IMG/VR virus record: IMGVR_UViG_3300025280_000024
Location: 38,046 to 102,045 of that record
Source: a virus
Strand: one strand, 5' to 3'
DNA: 64,000 nucleotides
In this document: positions 19,711 to 28,659 of the stretch, one piece after another
How positions within the stretch are numbered: the first letter of the stretch is position 1
Layout of the letters: each line of letters begins with the position of its first letter
Program-made: the position numbers and the translations under genes
The notes under the pieces: model-generated
Seen by the model: only the letters and a program-made list of their open reading frames with translations
Databases searched by the model: none
What the model was told of the DNA's origin: nothing

Positions 19711-20013
19711 CTACTTATCTTTCTTTATAGTAGTTCGTTTGGATCTTTTTCTGGTTTTACGAGTTGTGGATGTTTTCTTTGCGATCTTAGGAACGGGTTT
19801 TTCTGCCACTGGTTTTGACTCGACAATCGAAGCCTTTTCAACAATTGTGGATGTTTTCTTTGTGATCTTAGGAACGGGTTTTTCTGCCACTGGTTTTGAC
19901 TCGACAATTGATTCTACTTTTTCGTGGCTTTTCAACCTCGCAATTGTTGCTCTCAAACCGGCATACTTCTTAGCATACTTGGGGCTTGTCAGTTTTCTTC
20001 TTCTCTTTCCCAT
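19711..20013 (-). CDS. small Lys/Arg-rich basic protein with an internal duplication (start at 20013)
   Basis: MGKRRRKLTSPKY with GGAGG SD; two IVESKPVAEKPVPKI.KKTST units. Confidence 0.65.
   Translation of the reverse strand: MGKRRRKLTSPKYAKKYAGLRATIARLKSHEKVESIVESKPVAEKPVPKITKKTSTIVEKASIVESKPVAEKPVPKIAKKTSTTRKTRKRSKRTTIKKDK
19764..19911. repeat. 81-bp-period direct repeat (2 copies)
   Basis: ttgtggatgttttctttg(c/t)gatcttaggaacgggtttttctgccactggttttgactcgacaat at 19764 and 19845. Confidence 0.9.
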
Positions 20014-20053
20014 AATACCTCCTGGGTTGTATAATAAATAGTTGATTTTCAAT

Positions 20054-20086
20054 AAAAAACCCCACGCCGTTGAAAACGTGGGGTTT
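20054..20086 (-). terminator. intrinsic terminator
   Basis: AAACCCCACG/CGTGGGGTTT stem followed by T run on the minus strand. Confidence 0.8.
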
Positions 20087-20112
20087 GATATTAACAAGGT
20101 TTTTAATTATTA

Positions 20113-20556
20113 TTAAGCATTAGTGGCGGCGTCTGCAAATAATGTATCAGACGCATCGATTATGAAGCCGTGGGCAACATATCTGTCCCCCAGACAAACG
20201 ATTCTCACCAATTCACCAGAAGTACCGGCGGTCTTCCATCCAATAAAATTATTGCTCGTTCCATTGCCGATAGAGCCGCCCCCGCCGTCAGCAGCACAGA
20301 GAATTCCAGTAAAAAAAGTTCCATCTCCTACGGTTACATTAATATTATTGTCCATAGTATCGCCATCTTCTTCGTCTGCCATCACTTCGCACCACCAGCC
20401 TTTGCCAGCATCGGCGGCAGCTGGTAGTGTCAAAGTCACATCAGCTGCAGGATTCACGTTAAAAAGCGTTCCACAATCAGCTATTGTGATAGTCTTAGAC
20501 GCGGTTAATTCTTCAATCTTAATCCGGTTAGCTGCATATCTTCCTGATTTACTCAT
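20113..20556 (-). CDS. putative capsid decoration/virion protein, paralog 1
   Basis: MSKSGRYAANR...CGT.F...TLP....GKG.W; downstream of MCP. Confidence 0.5.
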   Translation of the reverse strand: MSKSGRYAANRIKIEELTASKTITIADCGTLFNVNPAADVTLTLPAAADAGKGWWCEVMADEEDGDTMDNNINVTVGDGTFFTGILCAADGGGGSIGNGTSNNFIGWKTAGTSGELVRIVCLGDRYVAHGFIIDASDTLFADAATNA

Positions 20557-20607
20557 CTTTTTTAAATCTCCTTTTGATTTAGGCTATTCGCCTTAATTTG
20601 TTTCATA

Positions 20608-21072
20608 TTAACCGTCCGAACCAGTTATAGCTCCACTACCACTCACAACACCATTAGCGATCCACCCATCGAGGCCGCCATACTGGGAGTTTGGAATTGC
20701 CACCAATTCTAATGTATCCCCTAGGGCCCCTTTGGCAACAACAAACGAAGCAGTCGCGTTCCCCGGGAAGTTCTGTCCAGCCGGATTGCCTTCGAGAGCG
20801 GAGGCGGCAACCGAACCCAAAATATAATTAGTAGTAGCCTCCGGCGCAACGCGGATATTCACGTTCCCATAGGCGCTCTCAAAGGCCGTCAGGATAAATT
20901 TATACCAACAACCTTTTCCAGCAGTGTCGATGTCTGGCAAAATAACACTATATGCTGTAGAGGATGCTGAAAGTTCAAATATTGTTCCACATTCTGAAAC
21001 CTTAACAGTCTTTGCTGCGGAAATAGTTTTTATCTTTTTTCTATCTGCTGAATATCTTCCTAACTTGCTCAT
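20608..21072 (-). CDS. putative capsid decoration/virion protein, paralog 2
   Basis: MSKLGRYSADR...CGT.F...LP....GKG.W; similar to 20113..20556. Confidence 0.5.
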   Translation of the reverse strand: MSKLGRYSADRKKIKTISAAKTVKVSECGTIFELSASSTAYSVILPDIDTAGKGCWYKFILTAFESAYGNVNIRVAPEATTNYILGSVAASALEGNPAGQNFPGNATASFVVAKGALGDTLELVAIPNSQYGGLDGWIANGVVSGSGAITGSDG

Positions 21073-21151
21073 CCTTTTAATTCCCCTTTTGATTTAGTTA
21101 TTCGTTTCATATTAAATAGTCGTGACTTGTTTAAACTTCCAAAAGAAATAC

Positions 21152-21181
21152 AAAAAAAGCCCGCCCTGACGGGCGGGCTTT
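21152..21181 (-). terminator. intrinsic terminator after the major capsid gene
   Basis: AAAGCCCGCCC-4 nt-GGGCGGGCTTT perfect stem plus T7. Confidence 0.9.
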
Positions 21182-21201
21182 AATTGTTAGTTAGCTATTG
21201 T

Positions 21202-23019
21202 TTAGCTAGCTCCACTCTCTCCGAGCAAGCCGCGAACAACAACCAGACCATACATATCAGGTCTGACCATCTTCTTAGCATAACGAGTCATCACGCCCTT
21301 GCGAGGCACGAAGTCTTCGATACCGAAGATCGTCGGAGTAACCTGCAGCGGTACATAAGGAGCATAAACATAGCCGCTCTCAAGGAACGAACCACCCTTA
21401 CGACCAACCAAGACGAGGTTACGAGGGAAATAGGGGTCAACATAGACGTCCCACTTCTTACTCATAGCGCCAACCTTGACAGTTCCGACAGTGCCACGAT
21501 CGTCATCAGCAGTCACACTAGCTCGAAAGCCAGAGGTAAACTCAAGGACGTTCGCAACTTCAGGAGAAGTAACAATAAAGTTAGCTCCACCACGAAGTGT
21601 CTTACGATGAATCTGTGCAGACACATCATTAATGGTCTCAGCAAGAGTCTCATACCACTCACTAACTGTACCCGTGAAATCGGGAGCAGCTGCTGTAGCA
21701 CCAAGCTCGGTGCCGGTTGCTCGATTAACGAACAGACCAGGCGAGCGCGACCAGTAATACGTTCCAGCAGTAGCCAGTCGTACAAGATCATTAAGAATCT
21801 CCCGGTCAATCTCAAGAGCAATCTGCTCAGAGAGAATACTCGTAAGTTCAACCTCTGCATCCAAGTTGTGATAAGCGTTGAGATCCTGGCCAAGTTCCGG
21901 AGTCCACTTCGCTTTCAGCTTCTTAGTTACAGCAGTGACACTCACCGAATCGACCTTGATGTCGATCTCGGGAATTTCTGTGTTATTCTCTAGACCCCAC
22001 GTAGTGGTTCCAGCAATAGCACCAATAGCATTGGCGTCACCAGCAGCTGCAGTACCATCAAAAGCATCCTTTTCCGGATAATGAACTGTAATTGCCACTG
22101 CTGTATCCGCAGCTGCAGCTGTTGAATCACCGTGCATAGTAAACTCAACGGTAGCTACATCAACACGTCTAGTCAATCGACGAACTGGGCGAATATCTTC
22201 ATTTGCATCCAGACCAAATGCAACGCCAGATCCGCTAGCCTGTGGGCGAATATCAAGGAGAATCATGTTTTCCATATTGATATTCGCCTGTTGAGCGGCA
22301 GTAAGAGTAACATGTACCTGTTGAACTTTATCAGTACTCTCGGCGTTCAAAAGATCCGGATCAAAACGCAAGTCTTTCTTCTGAGCTTCCGACAGCGCGC
22401 TGATTGCAGTAAAAGCTGCCAAGTTAGCGGTTGCACCCGGGAAGCCGTTTGCAGCAGTAACTGCGGCGGCAGGGGCAATTGCGCTAGCTGCAAGAGGAAG
22501 CGTTCCAGATGGCGAAGAATAACCTTGGTTAAGGTTGTAAAACCCCTTATCAGCATTATCTCCAGTAGAGGTAACACCCGCATCACGAGCTTCTTGACTA
22601 AGGTCCACACCACCAGTGATCTCCTGGCCAACCCTTCCACCACCGTATAATGAATCATTTGCACGATAATCATATCTCGCAGCCGTATACTGAAAATCAA
22701 GGAAGAAGATCAGTCCAGAGGGCAAACTCATGGGCTGAACACTTACAAGATCATTTGCAATAAGTCCACCGAACACTCGACGGACGATCGGAAACGCGAC
22801 GGCCGCGAAACCCTCGACGTCACCACCAGCCATAGACGAAGCTTCCTTCAGAAGCTGCTTGGCCTGGTTTTCAAGAAGGCGTGCCATAGTAGACTTCTTT
22901 CGATCTCCTCCGAGACCTTCAAGAAGGCCAGTTGCCTCCCACTTATTAAGAAGGGCATCGCCCTCCTTTTGAAGATCTCGATCAACGATACCTTCAGTTA
23001 ATTTTTCTAAAATACTCAT
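21202..23019 (-). CDS. major capsid protein (T4 gp23-like)
   Basis: KWEATGLLEGL, LLENQ, VSVQPMSLPSGLIF, KLKAKWTPELGQDLNAYH.LDAEVEL, YAPYVPL, GVMTRY. Confidence 0.97.
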   Translation of the reverse strand: MSILEKLTEGIVDRDLQKEGDALLNKWEATGLLEGLGGDRKKSTMARLLENQAKQLLKEASSMAGGDVEGFAAVAFPIVRRVFGGLIANDLVSVQPMSLPSGLIFFLDFQYTAARYDYRANDSLYGGGRVGQEITGGVDLSQEARDAGVTSTGDNADKGFYNLNQGYSSPSGTLPLAASAIAPAAAVTAANGFPGATANLAAFTAISALSEAQKKDLRFDPDLLNAESTDKVQQVHVTLTAAQQANINMENMILLDIRPQASGSGVAFGLDANEDIRPVRRLTRRVDVATVEFTMHGDSTAAAADTAVAITVHYPEKDAFDGTAAAGDANAIGAIAGTTTWGLENNTEIPEIDIKVDSVSVTAVTKKLKAKWTPELGQDLNAYHNLDAEVELTSILSEQIALEIDREILNDLVRLATAGTYYWSRSPGLFVNRATGTELGATAAAPDFTGTVSEWYETLAETINDVSAQIHRKTLRGGANFIVTSPEVANVLEFTSGFRASVTADDDRGTVGTVKVGAMSKKWDVYVDPYFPRNLVLVGRKGGSFLESGYVYAPYVPLQVTPTIFGIEDFVPRKGVMTRYAKKMVRPDMYGLVVVRGLLGESGAS

Positions 23020-23052
23020 TTCTTTTAAACCTCCTATTGTTTTAAAAATAAA

Positions 23053-24051
23053 CTATTTAATTCCCGCAAGCTTTCGCATGCGATCTCGGACCGGATTTGG
23101 TAAGCCGGAATCACGCGTCTTTTGACGATTAACCCTAAGCACAGAATTCCTTCTTTCCAAAGCTTCGTTCAGTGATTTTGGTTCTTTTTTTCTTGAAAAG
23201 TTGGAACCCACTGCACTTTGAAGCGTTTCGTAAAGAACTCTAGCTTCTTCTACCGTATCCGCTTTTGAAATAGCTTCGACAATTTTTCTTTTTTGTCGCT
23301 CATTCAGGGAGGTGCTACTTAAAATCTTGTTTGAATAAAGCAATCTAGCGTTTGATGATACCATTTCTTCGAGCTTTTCTTTAAGCATCATCACTGCTTT
23401 CTTGTGTTGCTTCGTGTTACTAACTAGTTGTTTGTTTGTCTTAATTACTTTTTTAAGACTTTCTTTTAATTCTTCGTTTTCTTCTTTGTATTCAGAACTT
23501 TGCATTCGGGCGAGATCTAAATCTTTCTCAAACTCCAATTCTGCTTCGGGCCTGCCTGCCCACCCACTCATTTGAGGAGACATATCAACAAGAAGCTTTT
23601 CAATCAATTCTTCATCGATCTCGATATCTTCTTCTAATGCAAAAAGTTCTTCGTCTTCTTCTGGCATCTGCAACCCGGCAGTCACTTCAGCAGCTGCTTC
23701 TTCCTCTGTCTCTTCTGGTACACCCTCTTCTTCACTTATAGCTTTCTGAAGAGCGCTCAAATCCATGGTCACGATGGCTTCATCATCTGGACAAGGACAA
23801 AGATCTTCGCCGGCGGTGGCTGCATCGGCAACATCTACATCATCAAATGTTTCTCCTCCACCTTCTAATGGTGCTAATGGTGCTGCTTCTCCTCCCAACA
23901 ACTCTTCCTCTTCGGGTTGTTCTAGAAGAGATTCGACTGCCTCTTTAATATCGGCAGAATACTTTTCAATAATTGTTTGTTCTGCGTTTTTGACAGCGGC
24001 TTCTTTTAATGCACTAGCATCGACAATCGCCTGTTCTAACATTGATGACAT
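23053..24051 (-). CDS. prohead core/scaffolding protein
   Basis: Acidic coiled-coil protein directly upstream of MCP; C-terminal RMRKLAGIK. Confidence 0.75.
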   Translation of the reverse strand: MSSMLEQAIVDASALKEAAVKNAEQTIIEKYSADIKEAVESLLEQPEEEELLGGEAAPLAPLEGGGETFDDVDVADAATAGEDLCPCPDDEAIVTMDLSALQKAISEEEGVPEETEEEAAAEVTAGLQMPEEDEELFALEEDIEIDEELIEKLLVDMSPQMSGWAGRPEAELEFEKDLDLARMQSSEYKEENEELKESLKKVIKTNKQLVSNTKQHKKAVMMLKEKLEEMVSSNARLLYSNKILSSTSLNERQKRKIVEAISKADTVEEARVLYETLQSAVGSNFSRKKEPKSLNEALERRNSVLRVNRQKTRDSGLPNPVRDRMRKLAGIK

Positions 24052-24178
24052 ATATAACTCCTTGAATACATTATTAATAAATAGATGTTCACAAATAAAT
24101 AGTATTTAGTTCTTTAAAATGACTATATGTGTTGATTTTCTGTTATCTCCGACTTTCATATAGTTACTCTACTTTATC

Positions 24179-25387
24179 CTATAGCTCAATAAAATCTGGT
24201 GAAGGACTGAAAAATATCAAATCTACATCAATTGAATGTCCTATAACTCTGACAACTTCTCCAGAACCCGATGGTATTACAGTTGTATATTGACCGGCAA
24301 CAAAGCTGGCATATACTTGTCCTCCAATATCAAAGGCGCCTGGGCCAGCAGATCCAGTAATAAGAGAGCTTGTTAGTTGACACAACCCACGAGTAAGAAC
24401 TCCTTTGGAATGTGGTGGAGCAGTGTCACCGACAATTGCAATAAAAGCTGCATCGCCGGAACCAGTTGCAGCTGCATTAACTAAGCTCCATTGTTTTGTT
24501 GAATCTAAATAAACCAAATGGCCGGCGGCTACTCCAGCTGCGGAACCAGTGCCTGCAAATAGTATATCACCAGATTGATCGTATGCGCTAGTGAACGATG
24601 AAGAGTGAGTCTTAAGACCAACCCCGAAACCAGGCGAGAATATAGCTGCATTACCTATGGTCACATTGCCGCCACTCATTTCAACACTGCCAGTAAATTG
24701 ATAATTGGCACTTTCTCTAAAGATTATGCTTCCAGTTGCTCCAGTGCCGTCTCCGACACCGCCGATTAACACAATGTCTCCACCATCATCATTTGTTACA
24801 CTGGCTTCCGACCCTTGAATCTTAAATTCGCCAGTGGTCATGCCAAATAAAGCGGCAGGCTGAATTTTAGTCTCAGTGGGTCCAGCCTTAAGCTTGAGAA
24901 GATTCAGGCCTCCAGCAGTATTCCTCCCGCCTATTGCGATCTCGACTCGGTGATCAGCAGCAGGAAGTATTGAATTGTTTCCGAAAATATATATTTCTTC
25001 TGGATTGGCCGAAGAGGTCATTCTAAAATGAGCCCCTTCAAAGTCGGCATCGTATTCCAAACTGGTCTTGACTCCAGCTTTATCTATAGACAAAGTTGAA
25101 GCACTTATTTCAACACTGCCAGTAAATTGGTGAGTGTCGCCGGTGTCATTACCAAATTTTGTATCACCTAAATAAGTGGTTGTAGTGATCGTTTCGAACG
25201 CATATGATGTAATTGTTCCAGAAACATCTAAACCTCCAGAAAGTACAAGTTTATCGTTGGTATAATCATATGTAAAGTTGCTAGATCCACTAAGAGTAGA
25301 TCCTGAATTGAATTGAACGTGTGTGTCGGCGCCACCCACAGTTGCAGCCGCGGCACCCGATATATATGCCCATCCTAAATTTGGCAT
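24179..25387 (-). CDS. putative fibre-like virion protein
   Basis: Gly/Ser/Thr-rich; VQFNSG, FGNDTGDTHQFTGS and a repeated QFTGSVE. Confidence 0.55.
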   Translation of the reverse strand: MPNLGWAYISGAAAATVGGADTHVQFNSGSTLSGSSNFTYDYTNDKLVLSGGLDVSGTITSYAFETITTTTYLGDTKFGNDTGDTHQFTGSVEISASTLSIDKAGVKTSLEYDADFEGAHFRMTSSANPEEIYIFGNNSILPAADHRVEIAIGGRNTAGGLNLLKLKAGPTETKIQPAALFGMTTGEFKIQGSEASVTNDDGGDIVLIGGVGDGTGATGSIIFRESANYQFTGSVEMSGGNVTIGNAAIFSPGFGVGLKTHSSSFTSAYDQSGDILFAGTGSAAGVAAGHLVYLDSTKQWSLVNAAATGSGDAAFIAIVGDTAPPHSKGVLTRGLCQLTSSLITGSAGPGAFDIGGQVYASFVAGQYTTVIPSGSGEVVRVIGHSIDVDLIFFSPSPDFIEL

Positions 25388-25540
25388 TAGATATTATTCT
25401 CCTATAATAACATAATTAGTTCGTAATCAGTTATAAGCTATATCGATTGTCTAAAATTAGTTCCAAGTTGAAGATTGATGATTGGCAGAGTTCACAGAGG
25501 ATAGTGAATATCTGATTTGAATTATTGTTCATTCGTCATG

Positions 25541-25990
25541 TTAAAAAGTGGAGCATGCGGCAAAGATATTAACTTCACCAGAATCTTCGTGAACAAAAGC
25601 AACCCTATCTATTCCCACTATATGATAAACTCGATATTCTCTGGCGCTTGGAACTTGACTCGCCACAGCGACTTCGGAATCAGCCACTGTTATAGAAGCA
25701 GCTGTTGGATTGGTGTTGTCACCAACTGGAAAAGGAGCTGACTCTGGTATCTCAAACCACCTTAAAAAAGCATGACAATATCCAAATATAGTCAACGCAG
25801 CTGGCGTGGTATCATGCGCATCTTCAACAAGGACATGCAAATATCTTTGATTTTCTGTAGCATAACCCTCAGTTGATGCAGTAATACCTTGTAAGTTGTT
25901 TGTATTCGCCAAAGGTGTAACCGTCCCACCTTGACTGCCGGCTAAATTCTTGGGGCTTCTTGTTCTTCCCCAACTATTATATAGTGCCAT
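25541..25990 (-). CDS. hypothetical protein
   Basis: 149-aa ORF with GGAG SD in the head module. Confidence 0.6.
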   Translation of the reverse strand: MALYNSWGRTRSPKNLAGSQGGTVTPLANTNNLQGITASTEGYATENQRYLHVLVEDAHDTTPAALTIFGYCHAFLRWFEIPESAPFPVGDNTNPTAASITVADSEVAVASQVPSAREYRVYHIVGIDRVAFVHEDSGEVNIFAACSTF

Positions 25991-26000
25991 TGTTTATCTC

Positions 26001-26219
26001 CTAATCTCTCATCTTTTCTTCATATTGTTTTCGAAGCTTTTGAAGAACTTTTTCTCTTTTCTTTTTCTTCATTCTTCTTTTTTCAGAAGACTTCTTAAAC
26101 CTTTGTTTTTCTATAACTTCTCTTAAAAAACCTTCTCTTTTGCATTTTTTAACGAAGCGCTTAATTGTTTTTTTTGGATCTTCTCCTCTTCTTGAAAAGA
26201 TCTCAACGTTAATCCCCAT
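26001..26219 (-). CDS. rpsU: ribosomal protein bS21 homolog
   Basis: 72 aa, V..R.GE....IKRF.KKC..EG.L.E......F.K.SE.RR.K pattern of bS21. Confidence 0.8.
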   Translation of the reverse strand: MGINVEIFSRRGEDPKKTIKRFVKKCKREGFLREVIEKQRFKKSSEKRRMKKKKREKVLQKLRKQYEEKMRD

Positions 26220-26240
26220 ATCTTCCTCTAATAATTAGTC

Positions 26241-26624
26241 CTAAATTAACTTACTCCAATTGGAATTAAACATTCCACTAATATCTACGCCGGCATCTCC
26301 AGGTTCAATATTTGCCAATGGAGATTGCTGATTACTTTCTGTCAATGGTTTTGTTCCCTCAAATATGTCTATACCATTAAAAGAGCCTCTCCCAACCGCA
26401 TCCAACATTTTCTTTTTTTGTTCTTGCAATTGTTTTTTGGCATGCCCATTGGTTGGTTTACTGGCAACCTTTTGTTCTCTCTGTTCTCTAACAACCGGCG
26501 CAGCATTGACGCCTTTCATTACTTCACTAATAATTCCGGAAAGAACACCTTCTTCAAAGATGACTTCTTTGATACATTGTTTGATTAGTGGTTTGAGAAT
26601 CTTTTTGAATTCGTTTGTTTTCAT
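26241..26624 (-). CDS. hypothetical protein
   Basis: MKTNEFKKILKPLIKQCIKE N-terminus loosely like the MKITK leader. Confidence 0.6.
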   Translation of the reverse strand: MKTNEFKKILKPLIKQCIKEVIFEEGVLSGIISEVMKGVNAAPVVREQREQKVASKPTNGHAKKQLQEQKKKMLDAVGRGSFNGIDIFEGTKPLTESNQQSPLANIEPGDAGVDISGMFNSNWSKLI

Positions 26625-26666
26625 TTATCTCTCATTTTTGTTTTCTCTTTAAGCTTTCTACCGCAA

Positions 26667-27107
26667 CTAAACCTCTGGTTCTGGTTTTGGAGCGTGAGGG
26701 CTTGCATAATTTGGATCTAAAATTCTACCTATGCGAGTAACGACACTTTTAGCTGCACTAAGTGCTTTTTTCATTTCTGGATCTGCTAGTAAATTAAGCT
26801 TTTTAGCATCATTAATCATATTTCCAACAATTCTGTCAACCTTTTTATGGTGTGAACGCATTAACGATTTTGCTTCTTCAGTGGCGCCGGTTGCTTTCCG
26901 TTCAGCAGCCTTTTTAGTCAATTCACCGGCAGCAGTTTCAGCACCTAATGCGCCAGCAGCCTTCGCTCCCAGGCCACTTGCAGCACCTTTGAGGCGGCTT
27001 TTAACACCCTTTCCCCGGGCTTTTAGTCGATCCAACCAACCTTCTTCAATTGCTTGATCAATCTCTTCCTGGATAATTTGATTTAATTGCTTTTCAGTTA
27101 TTTTCAT
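26667..27107 (-). CDS. MKITK-leader family protein
   Basis: Starts MKITEKQLNQIIQEEI; directly after the prohead protease. Confidence 0.65.
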   Translation of the reverse strand: MKITEKQLNQIIQEEIDQAIEEGWLDRLKARGKGVKSRLKGAASGLGAKAAGALGAETAAGELTKKAAERKATGATEEAKSLMRSHHKKVDRIVGNMINDAKKLNLLADPEMKKALSAAKSVVTRIGRILDPNYASPHAPKPEPEV

Positions 27108-27119
27108 TTTATTCCTCCT

Positions 27120-27731
27120 TTATGTTAACACATGTAATATGCTATATAGCGCTCGATTAATTCGATCTGCTTTTGTCCACAATGTTTTTTGTCTGCTCTC
27201 CGAAAGATTCAAATATGCATTTGTCGTCGAGGGCTCAGACACAATATCAAAACAGATTAACTGAAAATCGTCTTCAACAATCGTTCCATCTTGACCTTCT
27301 GTGACAGAACCCAACCCTCGTGAAGAAATACCCAGTGAAACACCAGAATTGGCAAGCGATATCAGAATGTTACCAGATGGAGTGTTCAAACACTGAATCT
27401 TTCCCATGACGTTACTGCCATCCCACCACAATCTCTTCATCATGTGTGAGGCATTGCGAAGATTAACAACTGAATCTTCTGGATGATCTAATTCTCCCAG
27501 TGCTCTGTTCTCGTTTATGATCTTTTGATAGTTATTGACTTCTCGTTTTAGAATGTTTTCAGAATATATTCGGCCGTTGCCGTTCTTTTTGCCGGCACAC
27601 TGTACAATACCGGTAAGAAAGACAGTACCATCGTTATTAACCATTCGCTTTTCAGCTTCAGTTAAATAATCTTGGCAAATACCACCTTCGCATAATTCAT
27701 AATATTCTCTGAGTAATACTTTCTTGTTCAT
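27120..27731 (-). CDS. prohead protease (T4 gp21-like)
   Basis: NGNGRIY, ALGELDHP, SH, TPSG, GISSRGLGS, FDIVSEPST. Confidence 0.95.
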   Translation of the reverse strand: MNKKVLLREYYELCEGGICQDYLTEAEKRMVNNDGTVFLTGIVQCAGKKNGNGRIYSENILKREVNNYQKIINENRALGELDHPEDSVVNLRNASHMMKRLWWDGSNVMGKIQCLNTPSGNILISLANSGVSLGISSRGLGSVTEGQDGTIVEDDFQLICFDIVSEPSTTNAYLNLSESRQKTLWTKADRINRALYSILHVLT

Positions 27732-27732
27732 C

Positions 27733-27816
27733 TCAAATCCTTAATGCAGGCGCAACCTGCACGAATATGCTTCCTCGGCAGCAATTAGCAACTCTTGGAA
27801 TCATGTAACGTTTCAT
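27733..27816 (-). CDS. 27-aa Cys-Cys peptide MKRYMIPRVANCCRGSIFVQVAPALRI
   Basis: Below the ORF-track cutoff; GGAGGA SD, ATGA overlap with the upstream gene, fills the gap to the protease gene. Confidence 0.5.
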   Translation of the reverse strand: MKRYMIPRVANCCRGSIFVQVAPALRI

Positions 27817-28133
27817 TCTTGTCCTCCGAAATCAACTTTTAATCCATTATCATTAAACAACATTGATAATACATAGCTTGTTCCAGAACTCAACCATCCC
27901 AGAAGCAAAGCATTGATCAAATTATAATCAAATGTAAATAGTTCTGTATATCCATTTACGCAGAACAAAAATACACCAACCCAAAACCCCATACAAGCAG
28001 GGCAGTGAAAGAAACAATGCTTTGGTCTGATGTGATCAAGAATCTTTCCATAAACCAGTATTGATGTTAAACCGAAAGAACAGAGAATAAAGTATAATAG
28101 CCCTAGCATACTACTCTCTATATCCATAAGCAA
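27813..28133 (-). CDS. small membrane protein with CPACMGFW motif
   Basis: Three hydrophobic segments and CxxC; true start may be a few codons inside. Confidence 0.6.
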   Translation of the reverse strand: MLMDIESSMLGLLYFILCSFGLTSILVYGKILDHIRPKHCFFHCPACMGFWVGVFLFCVNGYTELFTFDYNLINALLLGWLSSGTSYVLSMLFNDNGLKVDFGGQE

Positions 28134-28659
28134 AGTTTAGTCCATAGGGACTTCTAATATACATTGGTCTGAGAACGCCTTTCTTTTCGGCATGTCGAGT
28201 TGGATCGAAATCAGTAGATTCTTCATCAGATGGTTCTGTAAACCGATCTTCTTCTATCTGCTCAAACTTCTCTAAGTATTCAAAGTATGGTTTTTCAACT
28301 TCAAGCCACTTGGCGATACCCAAAAGAACATATTTGGATGAATTGTTTTCTTCAGTCACAGGAATCTTTGCTTCCATAGAACCAAAAACGTTCCCACCTT
28401 GAATGCTGTCTCTGTCGACGACACCGCGCTTAACTAAAAAGTCAAATAGCTTATCTTGTGTTTGATATGTTTCTTCTGTCAAAGAATCTTTTGAAAACGC
28501 AACAACTTTCATTTTCTCAGGCATCACAACAACATCGATATCTGGATGATCTCGAATAACAATGTCGCCTTCAAGAGTTTTTCTTGCGTTTAACTCGAAA
28601 GTTAATCTATTTTCTTCCTCTTCTCCTTCATCGCCTATTGTAATTGTGATATCAGCCAT
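28111..28659 (-). CDS. hypothetical protein
   Basis: Acidic 182-aa ORF in the head operon. Confidence 0.6.
   Translation of the reverse strand: MADITITIGDEGEEEENRLTFELNARKTLEGDIVIRDHPDIDVVVMPEKMKVVAFSKDSLTEETYQTQDKLFDFLVKRGVVDRDSIQGGNVFGSMEAKIPVTEENNSSKYVLLGIAKWLEVEKPYFEYLEKFEQIEEDRFTEPSDEESTDFDPTRHAEKKGVLRPMYIRSPYGLNFAYGYRE

Noticed and set aside
25390-25540. Possible 33-aa CxxC micro-ORF or ncRNA in the intergenic gap
   Set aside because: No SD, no clear structure; not supportable.
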